This document shows, piece after piece, positions 50,101 to 63,059 of a stretch of DNA of 64,000 bases (position 1 is its first letter; the number at the start of each line of letters is the position of its first letter). Under the pieces are notes generated by a model, which searched no databases, was not told the DNA's origin, and worked only from the letters and a program-made list of their open reading frames with translations. Both the position numbers and the translations under genes were made by a program. This DNA is from Octopus sinensis (Eukaryota). The stretch covers positions 16,926,001 to 16,990,000 of the forward strand of contig NC_043007.1 in NCBI RefSeq assembly GCF_006345805.1, given 5' to 3'.

Positions 50101-51164
50101 CAAAGATATCATGAAGAATATCGAAAAAGGCCTGGAGATATCCCAATGGGTAAGAGTGAAAACAAAAGGAGAAAACGTTTATGTTTATCTATAAAATAGA
50201 AAATTAAGTGAATGAAGAAAACTTGACAGCAGTCTAAATATGAAGCAGGTGACTGAAAAGCAGGTGGATATTGCCTTTAAACACTTGATTCCCATCCTCA
50301 AGCCATCCAATTTTATAGATGCAAATACAAAAATATTCTGAAATTTAAAAAAATCCCAAATTCATAACATTTTTAGTCCCAGAAATTTCAGATAAGGCTT
50401 TCTCAACCTGTATATATATGTATATATATTCAAAATGTAATCGCATGTGTACTGTTGGCGATTTTTTTCCTCCGTCTTCCCTTCTTTGGATCTTCCCTTT
50501 TCCTATGTTTCTGACGAAGAGCTCCGCTCAAAACGTTAAACCCTCCTTCTTTCCTTCTTTCCTGAGCGTCCAATAATACTATACTTGTTCCACATCCTCA
50601 CGTTGCTGTGTTTTCTCTTTGAGTTTTCATGTTTGGATTAACTATTTATATATATATATATATGTGTGTGTGTATATATATATATATATGAATTAAATAA
50701 TGAGGGTAGAAATTGACATTAATCAATTAAAACCAGTGGCTTAGCATATTTAAAAAATCCGAAGATGAAAAATTATATTATATGCAAAATTAAGAGGAAT
50801 GACCACCAAAGTGGATTCCTAATATGCTAAAGATAGACGTCAAATCGCCTTACCACAAAGAGTGTGTTCTCAAGAAAATTTCAGCAAAACGCCAGAATGT
50901 AAAAATGAGCAAGACAAATGAAAATATACAAAATAAAAAAAACGACCACTTTAGTGGTCATTCCTCTAAATTCGTATATATATATATATATCTATATATA
51001 TATATATATATCTATATATATATATATATACACACACATGCACACACACACACACACACACATACACACACACACAAACATTCTGAGCATTTTCCTTCTT
51101 TTTTATATCTTTCCCTAAAATTCACTACATGGGGGGAAAATAACTTTCCAACAAAGCTTTTCAC

Positions 51165-51215
<51 letters not shown>

Positions 51216-51549
51216 ACATATATATATATAAATTAAAGCCAAAGCAATGTAAATTGAAAATAAAAAATACAGGTCAATGGTTAGTACTACTATTTGGTAT
51301 TTCAAGATTTCAAGGTTCAGACTATTCTTCAGGAAATCTTCAGAGAACAATAGCTTACTTCTCTGCTTGACTCAGCTATAAACATGCTTTCTCTCTCAAT
51401 TTCCTGAAGAAGTAGTCCTTTCTCTGAACTACAGAAATACCAGGCATCAACTTGTACTAACCATCAACTTGTATTTTTTTTATACATAACTTGCATTGTT
51501 TTCATTTTCAAAATATATTTAAAACATTTTAAATATATTTTGAAAATAT

Positions 51550-51702
51550 GTGGTTCTGTGGTAAGTAGCTTGCTTACCAACCACTTGGTTCTGGGTTCAT
51601 TCGCACTGTGTGGCAAGTGTCTTCTATTATAGCCTCGGGCCAACCAAAGCCTTGTGAGTGGATTTTGTAGACAGAAACTGAAAGAAGCCAGTCATATACA
51701 AG

Positions 51703-51733
<31 letters not shown>

Positions 51734-51922
51734 TTGTCACTCCAACATCGCTTGACAACCGATGCTGGTGTGTTTACGTCCCCGTAACTTAGTGGTTCAG
51801 CAAAAGAGACCAATAGAATAAGTACTAGGCTTATAAAGAATAAGTCCTGGGGTAGATTTGCTCAACTAAATGCGGTGCTCCAGCATGGCCACAGTCAAAT
51901 AACTGAAACAAGTAAAAGAGAG
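51550..51922 (+). mobile_element. SINE A
   Basis: Family match. Confidence 0.88.
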
Positions 51923-52465
51923 TATATATGGGACAATACTTCATGAAAACTATACTAATCTAGTATATATTAAATTACAAAGTGACTTAAGTATGCGGTG
52001 CTGATGAGCTGAAATAACAGCTAAATATTAATATCGATATCAACATCCACCATCCTCAGTCATCTACATTTCACTGTGAAAGATTTTAGAACATTTATAA
52101 ATAGGAGGTCTTATTCATATATACATACATATATGTACATACTTACATATATATGTATGTACATATGCATATATGGGTACAGGACGTCATAAAACATAAA
52201 CAACATGAAATACGAAATATGTAAACATGGAATATGAACTTTTTTATGCAAACAATGAAAGAAACAAATGGAAAACAAGACAAGTAATATAAAGAACGAC
52301 CCTTCATCAGTTGTCGGCTGTTTATCTCCTCCACATTTCAACCATTTACAACAAGATGTGCCTTCCTTTGAGAAAACAGTTGCTCCCGCAAAGCAAAATA
52401 AAATTTGGGATTTGCAGAGGGTCAAAGTTGGTAACAAAAACAGGAAAGCAAAATATGTATATATG

Positions 52466-52496
<31 letters not shown>

Positions 52497-52599
52497 TATT
52501 TCTGTTCTATTTTATACAAAACTGTCCGACAAGTGCACAAACTGGAACGTGAAACTCTGAGTAACAGCTTTTATCATATTTCTGCTGGCTTTAAATAAA

Positions 52600-52635
52600 G
52601 AGTATATATATGTGTGTGTGTGTGTATATATATAC

Positions 52636-52734
<99 letters not shown>

Positions 52735-52815
52735 ATATATATATATATATATGCATGTATGTATGTATATAAATATATATATATGTGTGTATATATATAC
52801 ATACATATATATATA

Positions 52816-52886
<71 letters not shown>

Positions 52887-52920
52887 TGCATATACAAATA
52901 TATACACATATATATAAATA
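52600..52920 (+). repeat. Long (TA)n microsatellite
   Basis: Directly visible. Confidence 0.92.
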
Positions 52921-53157
52921 TAGAAAGAGGGTGTGGGAGGAGGAAGGGAGAGAATGGGAGAAAGAGTGGAAGAGACAGAGATGCCATTCTATAAGCATAG
53001 ACAGACAGACAGACAGACAGTCAGATTGACAGGTACATTTTAGTAAATATTGAATTGTAATAAAAAAAATATGGGGTGGGAGGTGGGGGCAGCATTGATA
53101 TAGAAGGAGCATGAGGACATGACCTTGACGCATCCCTTTCACACACAACACATATAT

Positions 53158-53389
53158 GGTAGCTGGCAGAATTGTTACCACACCGGGCGAAACACTTAGC
53201 GGTATTTCTTCTGCCGCTACGTTCTGTGTTCAAATTCCGACGAGGTCGATTTTGCCTTTCATCTTTTTGGGGTCAATTAAATAAGTACCAGTTACACACT
53301 TGGGTCAATGTAATCGACTTAATCCATTTAGCTGTCCTTGTTTGTCCTCTCTGTGTTTAGCCCCTTGTGGGTAGTATAGAAATAGATAG
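53158..53389 (+). mobile_element. SINE B monomer
   Basis: Family match. Confidence 0.87.
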
Positions 53390-54179
53390 TAATAAAATAC
53401 AGAAAACATAGTATTCTATCTTTTATAAAACATACACACATTCCAACAAATCCCTCCTAGGATTACATAATTACTCTTTGTAATATAATAATCTTGTTAA
53501 TTTACATCTTCAGTGTTAAGTAATAACATGAATGATTTTTTGTATATTGTTAATTATAAGGCTCTTATTCCACCCACAAGCTTATCCTGTGGTTTGAGCC
53601 CATCACATCCTACTGCGTTGGATACAGGAGTGGAGTAAGGGTGCAAACTTTGGTTACGTGCCACTCTTCACAGTACATATATATTCTGTAAGTGTGCGTG
53701 TGTAGCAATATACGTCACATTGGCAATTTCATAGATGGATTGATAGTTACATCCCTGCACTGATTGAACAACAGAGACTTTGTGTCATAAACATTTCCAC
53801 GAAAGACACTACTTGAGAATTGAAATAGGGATGGACCAGTTAAACTGGAAAGCATTTTAATCAGGAAAGTGATCCTAATAGGATGTGGTCTTTACCAGGA
53901 TTAGAAGTATTTGTGGTGCACATGTTATATTCACGTTCAGGACTGTGAGTGGGAGAATCGAATGTATTCTAAATTGTCTTTTGACGTGTTAAGTGACAAT
54001 CCTGGGATTGATACAGAGAGGAAGTCACTCTTAATAGAGCGATCTGGAACCATAATAGTAACCCTTAGGAAATAAGCTCTTATTGTACCGAGCCGTGATG
54101 CCCAAACTGGCTCGAATTTTATGCCTCTGGAGATGTGAACACTGTACTTCAGAACATTCTGAATTCAATATGGGTGGCA

Positions 54180-54480
54180 TGTGCAGCATTGGTACCATGC
54201 AAGCACAAAAAAAACACCCAATAGTGCAATTTGGGAGAGTGCAGCAGTCCGACTTGCCAGGAAAGAACGTCGTAATGCTGAACAGGAATACAAATTGCAG
54301 AAATCAGAGACCAACAGGAAAAAGCACAATAGATCAGCCAACCACTTTAAGCAGATGACAAAAAAGGCAGTGCTTGAATTTGAACAACGCATTGCAACCA
54401 ACCCTGACAGCAAAGTGTTCTGGAAGTATGTGCACTCAAAGCAGAGACCTCACTCTCCAGTTGGTCCCCTTCGCAAAGTT
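54180..54480 (+). mobile_element. CR1-type ORF2 linker fragment (between endonuclease and RT)
   Basis: EQRIATNPDSKVFWKYVHSKQRPHSPVGPL matches the CR1 K.NPK.FW.YV...VGPL motif. Confidence 0.65.
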
Positions 54481-54655
54481 GTGTTTTATGTTGTTTTTCT
54501 GTTATTGTTTCATGGCCACTCTTGTTCCCACAGATTCCTCTCTCTCTAACTTCTGATAGTGATTCAGACTATTATCTTCAGTCAACACACAGCTTTACCA
54601 TAATTCCTGGCCTCGTACCAAAATTTGAAACCATTATTATTATTATTATTATTGA

Positions 54656-55207
54656 GTGAGAGAACAGTGCATGCCATCAAAGTGACACTGGGGTAAAATA
54701 TACGAAGCCCAGTATACCCATCATGACTACCCCTCTGATAAAGGTACACCAGGCACATGCATCACAACCATATGTGCACGACATGGTGATCTCATGTCAA
54801 AATAAACAGCACATGACCTTGCAGATGGAGCCCAGTTAGAATTTTCTTCTGGTCGAGTAACCCATCCAACTCAAATGGTCCCTGAATACGGGTTGTTTAA
54901 GGCTGTTGAATGAAACACCCATGTTTCCGGAGGTGAATTATCCAAACCTCTAAGAATTCCTCTCAACACATGGCCATGATGCTCCCCCACAAATTCTGCT
55001 CGTGATCAGAGATGCACATATCGTCAGCCATTAAGGGACATGCTCAACTGGTTAAGGTCAAACAACAGACAGGCAAATCTGTGGTATTGAGCAGAATATT
55101 TGCTGTAGCTCATCTTTTATACCAAGACAAAACAATGTACATGATAACACTTCCAATCAGTTGAGATCAGAAGCCATGAGTGCCACTGCCTGGTACTGCA
55201 TCAGGGC

Positions 55208-55210
<3 letters not shown>
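54656..55210. mobile_element. Unclassified ~550-bp noncoding interspersed element flanked by (ATT)n
   Basis: Complex sequence cleanly bounded by ATT tracts, next to the Dong-like copy; no recognisable ORF. Confidence 0.45.
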
Positions 55211-55275
<65 letters not shown>

Positions 55276-55279
<4 letters not shown>

Positions 55280-55612
55280 ATGTTTGACTTTTGCTTTACA
55301 TTTGTACAAATTGGCTCCAAGTCTCACCCAGAGACCTCAAGAGACAACAAGCTGGAAGTTCATGTTGATGTTATGCCTCGGGTGCCATATATTTGGTTTT
55401 GTACTTAGTGTTGTACTAGTGAATGTTCAAGAAACCATAAGAAAATTATGTTTGTTTTAAAACTTGAGATTACATAGAAAATATTTTGCGTAGGATATGA
55501 GCAGTTCCCATGAGCACTATCTTTTGAATTTCTGCCATTTTGGGGCTTCCTGGTATCTGAGTTAGGTAGCAATCAGCCCCTTTTGCTATCATTCCCAGGG
55601 CACCTATGACAA

Positions 55613-55613
<1 letters not shown>
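55276..55613 (-). mobile_element. Second R4/Dong-like 3' fragment in (TAA)n
   Basis: Reverse-complement match to about 12960-13333 (GALGMIAKG...KIVLMGTAHILRK plus 3' UTR); (ATT)n on both sides. Confidence 0.88.
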
Positions 55614-55643
<30 letters not shown>

Positions 55644-55968
55644 GTTGTTGTTGTTGTTGTTGTTGTCGTCGTCGTCATCGTCATTATCATCATCATCATC
55701 ATCATGGTGATGATGATGATGATGATTTTAAAAATCAAAGGAGAAGGGCTCTTACCCTGTTGATCAGGCACCCTTGGCTTTTCTGGGTTTTTTCCGAAGG
55801 ACCTTAAAGCGCCTCCCCTATTGGGAGTTTTAATTTGTTTAATTTTAATTGTTATTATATTGTTTACATGTTGTAAAACCCATTGTATCATTCCTTTTTT
55901 GTCTTTATGTTGTTACATCTCCTTTAATGTTATTGTATGTGAGCCCTTGTGGCTAATAAAAAAAATAA

Positions 55969-56007
<39 letters not shown>

Positions 56008-56567
56008 GATTTGACTCAGGTTTGGTGTTATTCCTGGTAGGATTTAAGTGGGTAGAAGGTTATTTCCAATATGAATCCAGACCATTATCTTCAGCCACCA
56101 CACAGCTCCACCATAAGGTCCAGTCCTTGATGCGATAAAGTGGCTTGTGTGCTTCAGTGACCCTGAGAGCCATGCTAGCAGAATCTAAGTTCCTGAAAGG
56201 GCCACTCCTGCTGGACAGGTCAAAGGAGAGAAACCAACCTAATATGGAACGCCTCCTCCTAAAGGTAAAAATGGGTTTGCATAGAGCCAACACCACCACA
56301 TCTAGAAAAAATGCGAAGTCTTTGAATCATCAATGACAGTTTAAACCAATTAAACCTGGGAGAAAAAGGCCTTCCCTCAAGGAAAGATGACCCAGTATTG
56401 AAAACAATGAGGTAAAGTTGTTGATAACCCATGTTCCTTGGAATAGAAGGGCTTGAGTAAATACCACATTATTCACAAACATTACATAGGGATGAGTAAA
56501 AAAAAAATAGCCTCTACTTTGTCATTCATCCTATTAGAAATAACAGAGAAGTCTACGGCAAATTAGT

Positions 56568-56838
56568 AGAGGCACATGGTCTAGTGTTTAGAGCAGCTGA
56601 ATCTGACTGGGCAATGTGTGTGTTTATGAGCCAAACACCTAAGCTCCATGCGGCTCCAGCAGAAGGTAATGGCGAAACTTCTGCTGACTCTTTCGCCACA
56701 ACTTTCTCTCACTCTTTCCTCCTGCATCTTGCAGCTCAACTGCGACGGACCGGCGTCCTGTCCAGGTGGGGAACCTATACGCCAAGGAAACCGGGAAACC
56801 AGCCCTTATGAGCCAGGCATGGCTCAAGAAGGAACAAA
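56568..56838 (+). mobile_element. SINE C
   Basis: Family match; flanking ctac(g/c)gcaaattag duplication. Confidence 0.85.
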
Positions 56839-57267
56839 CTACCGCAAATTAGACACCACTACTTTTAAAAAGATTGGCACATTGGATAATGCCATAAGAA
56901 CATTCTATCTGAATAGATGAGAATAGGGTCACAGCTGCATCTGAAACATAGGTCTACTTGATCGGAGCTGAAAATTAAACAACATGTTAAAATTAAAAGA
57001 GGACTTCAAACTGGAAATAAAACACCAGGCTGACTGATCCTGCAAATGATATCAGCCAAGCTTTTGCCACTATTCAAGCTGTCCACTTACACACAATGTT
57101 GATTCGCTAGCCTCTGCACGCATTTTTTTTTCTCTCCTTGTTTCTTTCTGTGTTTCTTTTCTGTGTATCTTTCTGTTGAAGAGCGTAGGCTCGAAACGTA
57201 AAAGGCTTGTTTTATTTATATTCCTGATATATATATATATACACACAAACATATATATATACATATA

Positions 57268-57349
<82 letters not shown>

Positions 57350-57999
57350 GAAACAACACAATGTACTAGGATATAAACTGTCTCTCATTTTACCAAGCCT
57401 GTGAAATATATAAAATATGACACATTCAGATGTTGCCATGCCTAAAAATAATCTATTTGCGTGGACACTGTTTACGGCCCATAACTATATGATCTTCCAA
57501 TACCACCACAAAGCGTACACACAGATAACATCTATTCACATTCTTTTACCATTCTCATGACACAGCTGTGCAACTACACCAAAAGTACTTTAGTTATCTA
57601 GTCACCTGACTCCAAAATACCAAAATTTTTAAGTAGTTCTTTCCTTCTTCCTAGCAACACCAGAGAACATTGAGTTAAATCAACAAACATACTCAACAAC
57701 ATAAACCGATCACGTATGCCAGAGGCAAAAATATTATGATTTATTTGGCGTGGCTGTGTGGTAAGAAGTTTGCTTCCAAATTCAATGTTTTGGGGTTCAG
57801 TCACAACACGGTGGACAACACAGACAAGTGTCTTCTGGAAACTCTTTTCTCCAGGAAGATTTGGCTGCTATTTCTAGCAAGCTGAGAAACTCTTCTTGTT
57901 AGTTTGGTGAGCTGCAATCACCTCATGTAAACAGCTTAAGAATGGATTCCACCATCATATGTGTGTGCATATGTGTGCAAGTGTGTGCGCATGCACCTG

Positions 58000-58360
58000 C
58001 ATCATCATCATCATCGTCGTCGTCGTTTAACGTCCGTTTTCCATGCTAGCATGGGTTGGACGGTTCAACCAGGGTCTGGGAAGCCAGGAGGCTGCACCAG
58101 GCTCCAGTCTGATCTGGCAATGTTTCTACAGCTGGATGCCCTTCCTAATGCCAACCACTCCGTGAGTGTAGTGGGTGCTTTTTAGGTGCCACCCGCACAG
58201 GTGCCAGATGGAGCTGGCAAACGGCCACGAACAGATGGTGCTTTTTACATGCCACTAACACAGAAGCCAGTCAAGGCGGCGCTGGCATCGGCCACGTTCG
58301 GACGGTACTTTTTATGTGTCACTGGCACAGGTTTCTTAACTACAATTTCCATTTGATATT
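58000..58360 (-). mobile_element. RTE 3'-tail-derived repeat
   Basis: catcgtttaacgtccgttttccatgctagc... reverse complement of the tail. Confidence 0.85.
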
Positions 58361-58731
58361 AGGATGTGTATTTGTATTGCATCTGTCTCCCACCACCACT
58401 TGACAACTGGTGTTGGTTTGTTTATGTCCCTGTCATTTAGCTCTACAGACAAAAAGGGACTGACTGAATAAGCACTACACTTCACAAAAGAAAAGTAAGT
58501 ACTGGGGTCAGTTCGTTTGACTAAACCTTTCAAGGTGGTGCCCCAGCATGGCCACAATCCAATGACTAAAATAAGTAAAAAAAAAAACAATATATAGGAT
58601 CCATCGTGCATTATATTATGCCAGCCTCAACAACCCACCTCCAATCTTTCTACAACAAACTACAAAGATTTCAGTGCTGTTCCTTGTAGCATGACAGATT
58701 TCAAGCAAACAACTCAAAAGACCAACCATAT

Positions 58732-58956
58732 TTCTTTATTGCCCACAAGGGGCTAAACATAGAGGGGACAAACAAGGACCGACAAAGGGATTAAGTCGAT
58801 TACATCGACCCCAGTGCATAACTGGTACTTAATTTATCGACCCCGAAAGGATGAAAGGCAAAGTCAACTTCGGCGGAATTTGAACTCAGAACATAATGGC
58901 AGACAAAATACCGCTAAGCATTTTGCCCAGCATGCTAACGTTTCTGCCAGCTTGCC
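58732..58956 (-). mobile_element. SINE B monomer
   Basis: Family match. Confidence 0.87.
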
Positions 58957-58974
58957 ACCTTTTCCTTTTTAAAG

Positions 58975-59205
58975 CCTAGCCAGGCTAATAGGCCTGGTTT
59001 CTTGGTTTCAATGGTGTATGTGTTCCCCAGCTGGACAGGACGCCAGTCCATTGCAGCGTTACTCATTTTTGCCAGTTGAGTGGACTGGAGCAACGTGAAA
59101 TGAAGTGTTTTGCTCAAGGACACAATGCGTCGCCCGGTCCAGGAATCGAAACCACAATCTTATGATCATGGTGCTGACACCCTAACCACTAAGCCACGCG
59201 CCTCC
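58975..59205 (-). mobile_element. SINE D copy
   Basis: Minus-strand tRNA-like head and gtccttgagcaaaacacttc core. Confidence 0.7.
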
Positions 59206-59914
59206 ACTAGAGACCAACTATACCAAACCAAACTATTGGTTTCAAATTCTGGCACAAAGCCAGCAAGTTTGGGGAAGGGGTAAGTTGATTACATCAACCC
59301 CAGTGCATAACTGGTATTTATTTTATGTGCACAGACAGGATGCCAAATGCACTTTTGATGAAAGACAAGAAACTGAAGGCAAGAAGCTGAACAGACACAA
59401 TGCCAAATGGACATAAGGCCAAATAGACACAATGCCAAACAGACATTTAGTTTGGGAAGTCACTCATAAAAATGACAACACTTTAATAATTGGACTGAAT
59501 CATTAATCCAATAACCATGAAATATCTCAGGGCAATAAAAGACAATAGCACTCATCCTGTGTGAACAGCTTCATCATGTTCAAGGTTTTGTTCCGACATG
59601 TGATAAGTGAACGTGTACAGTGAGTATACGATGTTCAAGAAAGATTTCTTGGAAGAAGAAAAGTTTTGAACAACTTACCATGTTCCATGATGACTTTGAG
59701 TAAATGGAAATGAATCAAGATACGAGATTTACTTTCCACAGGCACTAGACTTAGAATGCCATGATGAGCTATTGGTAGGAAATCAGATACATCTACAACA
59801 CTCATAGAATACCTTCCTTGATTCACTATTTCTCCCAACAGACAAAGAATATATTGGCGAAAGAGGGAGCTGCAATATCAACGGCTTCATTTAGACTTTT
59901 TGCTTTTTTATACC

Positions 59915-60310
59915 TCTTATCTTTTACTTGTTTCAGTCATTGGACTGCAGCCATCATGCTGAGGTGCCACCTCCAAATGGTTTAAAGGTGAACAAATCAA
60001 CACAGTACTTATTTTTCTTTAAAGTCTAGTACTTATATCAATCTCTTTTACTGATTGCTATGTTGCAGGGACGTAAACAAACCAACATCTATTGTCAAGT
60101 GGTCATGGATTTCAATGACAATGCAAGCACACACACACACTTTCACACACACATTCAAGTGGCTTCCACACAGTTTCTATCTACCAAATTCACCAGGGCA
60201 TTGGTCAGCCCAGGACAATAATAGAAAACACTTGCCCAGAGTGCCACACAGTGGGACTGAACCTAAAACCATGTGGTTGCAAAGTGAACTTCTTAACCAC
60301 ATAGCCATTC
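59915..60310 (-). mobile_element. SINE A, diverged
   Basis: Recognisable core gtgccacacagtgggactgaacc and 3' part. Confidence 0.7.
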
Positions 60311-60654
60311 CTGTGTCTCAACATTATACTAGGATGCACACCACAAACGATAAGTGTAGAGGATAAACAACAACCACACTCAGGTCAAGTTCTCATTAAA
60401 CACTTTCACTGGGAGCCTGTATCTTGACTGGTTAGAAATAAAACCATATTTTCCTTTTTAAAAGTAGAAGAATAAATTAAACAATGTTTCCTGGATGCAT
60501 ACTATCATAAAAAAAAAGAAGAAAGATGAGACAAATACCATTGATCTTAAAACAGCTCAACTAAGGCTGACCCTAGATAAAGCAACAAATATGCTTTCAA
60601 GTACATAGTGGTCAGTGCTGAGAGAGCAATTATCATATTACATTCATTATAAGT

Positions 60655-61215
60655 GGCTGAAAGGCGACGAGCTAGCTGAAATGTTAGCACGCCGGGCAAA
60701 ATGCTTAGCAGTATTTCGTCTGCCGCTACGTTCTGAGTTCAAATTCCGCCGAGGTCGACTTTGCCTTTCATCCTTTTGGGGTCGATTAAATAAGTACCAG
60801 TTACGCACTGGGGTTGATGTAATCGACTTAATCCGTTTGTCTGTCCTTGTTTGTCCCCTCTGTGTTTAGCCCCTTATGGGTAGTAAAGAAATAGTTATTT
60901 CGTCTGCCGTTACGTTCTCAGTTCAAATTCCGCCGAGGTCAACTTTGCCTTTCATCCTTTTGGGGCCGATAAATTAAGGACCAGTTACACACTGGGGTTG
61001 ATATAATCGACTAAATCTGTTTGTCTGTCCTTGTTTGACCCCCTGTGTTTAGCCCCTTGTGGGAAATAAAGAAATAAGTATTTTATCTGTCTTTACATTC
61101 TGAATTCAAATTCCACCGAGGTCAACTTTGCCTTTCATCCTTTCAGGGTCAATAAATTAAGTACCAGTTGTGTACTGGGGTTGATCTAATTTTGGGCCTT
61201 GTGCCTAGAATAGAA
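60655..61215 (+). mobile_element. SINE B trimer (third unit has a variant tail)
   Basis: Units start at 60711, 60895 and 61078. Confidence 0.87.
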
Positions 61216-61374
61216 AAGATTACAAGTGACTGATATGGTGGCAGCAATCTTATTAAGTAAAATACTGGAATATTTAATTTGGTGTTAACAGGGAAATTGC
61301 TGTAGTAAAATGAATAAGATTCTTGCGTGCCATATTGTGGTTTCCTGGCTGATGCTGGTGTCACGTAACAGGCC

Positions 61375-61745
61375 CTCATGCTGGTGGAATGTAAAAAGCA
61401 TCCTTTGAATGTTGAGCCTCATGGAGGTGATAAGTGACCGAGACCTTTGATGATATGCTGTGCTTGAGAAGACTTGTCAAGCCAAGTGAAATCATAATTG
61501 TGGCCGATGCCGGTGTCACACAACTGGTACCTGTGTCAGTGGCACGTAAAAAGCACCCATTACACTCTTGGAGTGGTTGGCATTAGGAAAGGCATCCAGC
61601 CATAGAAACTATGCCTAATCAGATCAGAACCTGGTTACCAGTTACCAGTTCCAGTCAAACCGTCTAACCCATGCCAGCATGGAAAGCAGACACTAAATGA
61701 TGGTGGTGGTGGTGGTGGTGGTGAGGATGATGATGATGACGATAT
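61375..61745 (+). mobile_element. RTE 3'-tail-derived repeat (diverged)
   Basis: ggagtggttggcattaggaaaggcatccagc...catgccagcatggaaagc followed by (ggt/gat)n. Confidence 0.75.
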
Positions 61746-62207
61746 CTCAATACCCTTTCTATGTAAAATACTGGGATATTTAATTTGGTGATAACAGGAA
61801 AACTGCTGATGCTAAATTCGCAGATTTCTTACAGAACCACATTGTACAGTTTCCTGTAAGAATTATGGTTAAACACTTAATAGAAAAGTCTGTACTTGAC
61901 CGTACAAATAGATGAGACATCCTATTTTCACAAATATTTCAGTATTTGAATATTTAAGACTAGTGTGAAGTGGTGGAAAAACCAATCTTTTTTTTAGATC
62001 CTCTTTGATTTAAGTTAAGCTAATATTTCACTACTTTTTTTTTTTAAGGTTATGTGTTGACAAAATCATTAGCACACAAGACAAGATACTTAGTGGTAGC
62101 TTTACATCCATCTTTATGCTCTGAGTTCAAATTCTGCTGCGGTTGACTTTACCTTCCATCCTATCAAATTTGGTAAAATAAGTACCAGTTGACTACTGGG
62201 GTTAAAT

Positions 62208-62412
62208 ATGAGGCAAAGTCAAAATTTATCTACACTTTTGCTATAACATATTGTTGTTATTGTCACACAGCCTTCTGTGCATGTGTGCTTATTGTGGTTA
62301 TGTGATCGATGTTTGGGCCTGATGGCGCTATTTTACTTTCTGGTTTTACAGTGTAAGCATGGCCCCTCCACAAGCAATGTGCACCAACGAAGAACAAAGA
62401 TCAGTGATCTGA
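62208..62412 (+). mobile_element. Mariner 5' fragment related to 63060-63478
   Basis: tatgaggcaaagtcaaaatttat TIR-like start and MAPPQAMCTNEEQRSVI*. Confidence 0.55.
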
Positions 62413-62443
62413 GAGAAGGTAATGGGGAACCGGTTCACCATTA

Positions 62444-63044
62444 CCTATTTCTTTACTACCCACAAGGGGCTAAACACAGAGAGGACAAACAAGGACAGAC
62501 AAACGGATTAAGTCAATTATATCAGCCCCAGTGCATAACTGGTACTTATTTAATCGACCCCGAAAGGATGAAAGGGTAGGTCGAACTCGGCGGAATTTGA
62601 ACTCAGAATGTAATGACAGACGAAATACCTATTTCTTTACTACCCACAAGGGGCCAAACACAGAGAGGACAAACAAGGACAGACAAACGGATTAAGTCAA
62701 TTATATCGACCCCAGTGCATAACTGGTACTTATTGAATCGACCCTGAAAGGATGAAAGGCAAAGTCGACCTCAGTGGAATTTGAACTCAGAACGTAGCAG
62801 CAGACGAAATACCTATTTCTTTACTACCCACAAGGGGCTAAACACAGAGAGGACAAACAAGGACAGACAAACGGATTAAGTCAATTATATCGACCCCAGT
62901 GCATAACTGGTACTTATTTAATCGACCTCGAAAGGATGAAAGGCAAAGTCGACCTCGGCGGAATTTGAACTCAGTACGTTGCGGCAGAAGAAATACTGCT
63001 AAGCATTTCGCCCGGTATGCTAACGATTCTGCCAGCTCGCTGCC
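62444..63044 (-). mobile_element. SINE B trimer
   Basis: Unit boundaries at 62444, 62628 and 62812 (184-bp period); head at the high-coordinate end. Confidence 0.9.
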
Positions 63045-63059
63045 CTGCACCATTACCAT

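Noticed and set aside
56130-56300. Possible RTE 5' UTR with an HDV-like ribozyme
   Set aside because: The sequence resembles RTE 5' regions, but I could not build a convincing nested double pseudoknot by hand; an RNArobo/Infernal search is needed.
59550-59900. Cluster of exon-like segments (e.g. 59742-59774 ALDLECHDELL) and a minus-strand 67-aa ORF
   Set aside because: Phases of adjacent candidates are incompatible and no family motif was recognised; it may be old transposon debris.
62444-63044. CRISPR-like or Helitron/rolling-circle interpretation of the 184-bp arrays
   Set aside because: There are no unique spacers or cas genes, and the context is eukaryotic. The tRNA-like head and 15-bp TSDs on sibling arrays indicate retroposition, not rolling-circle insertion.
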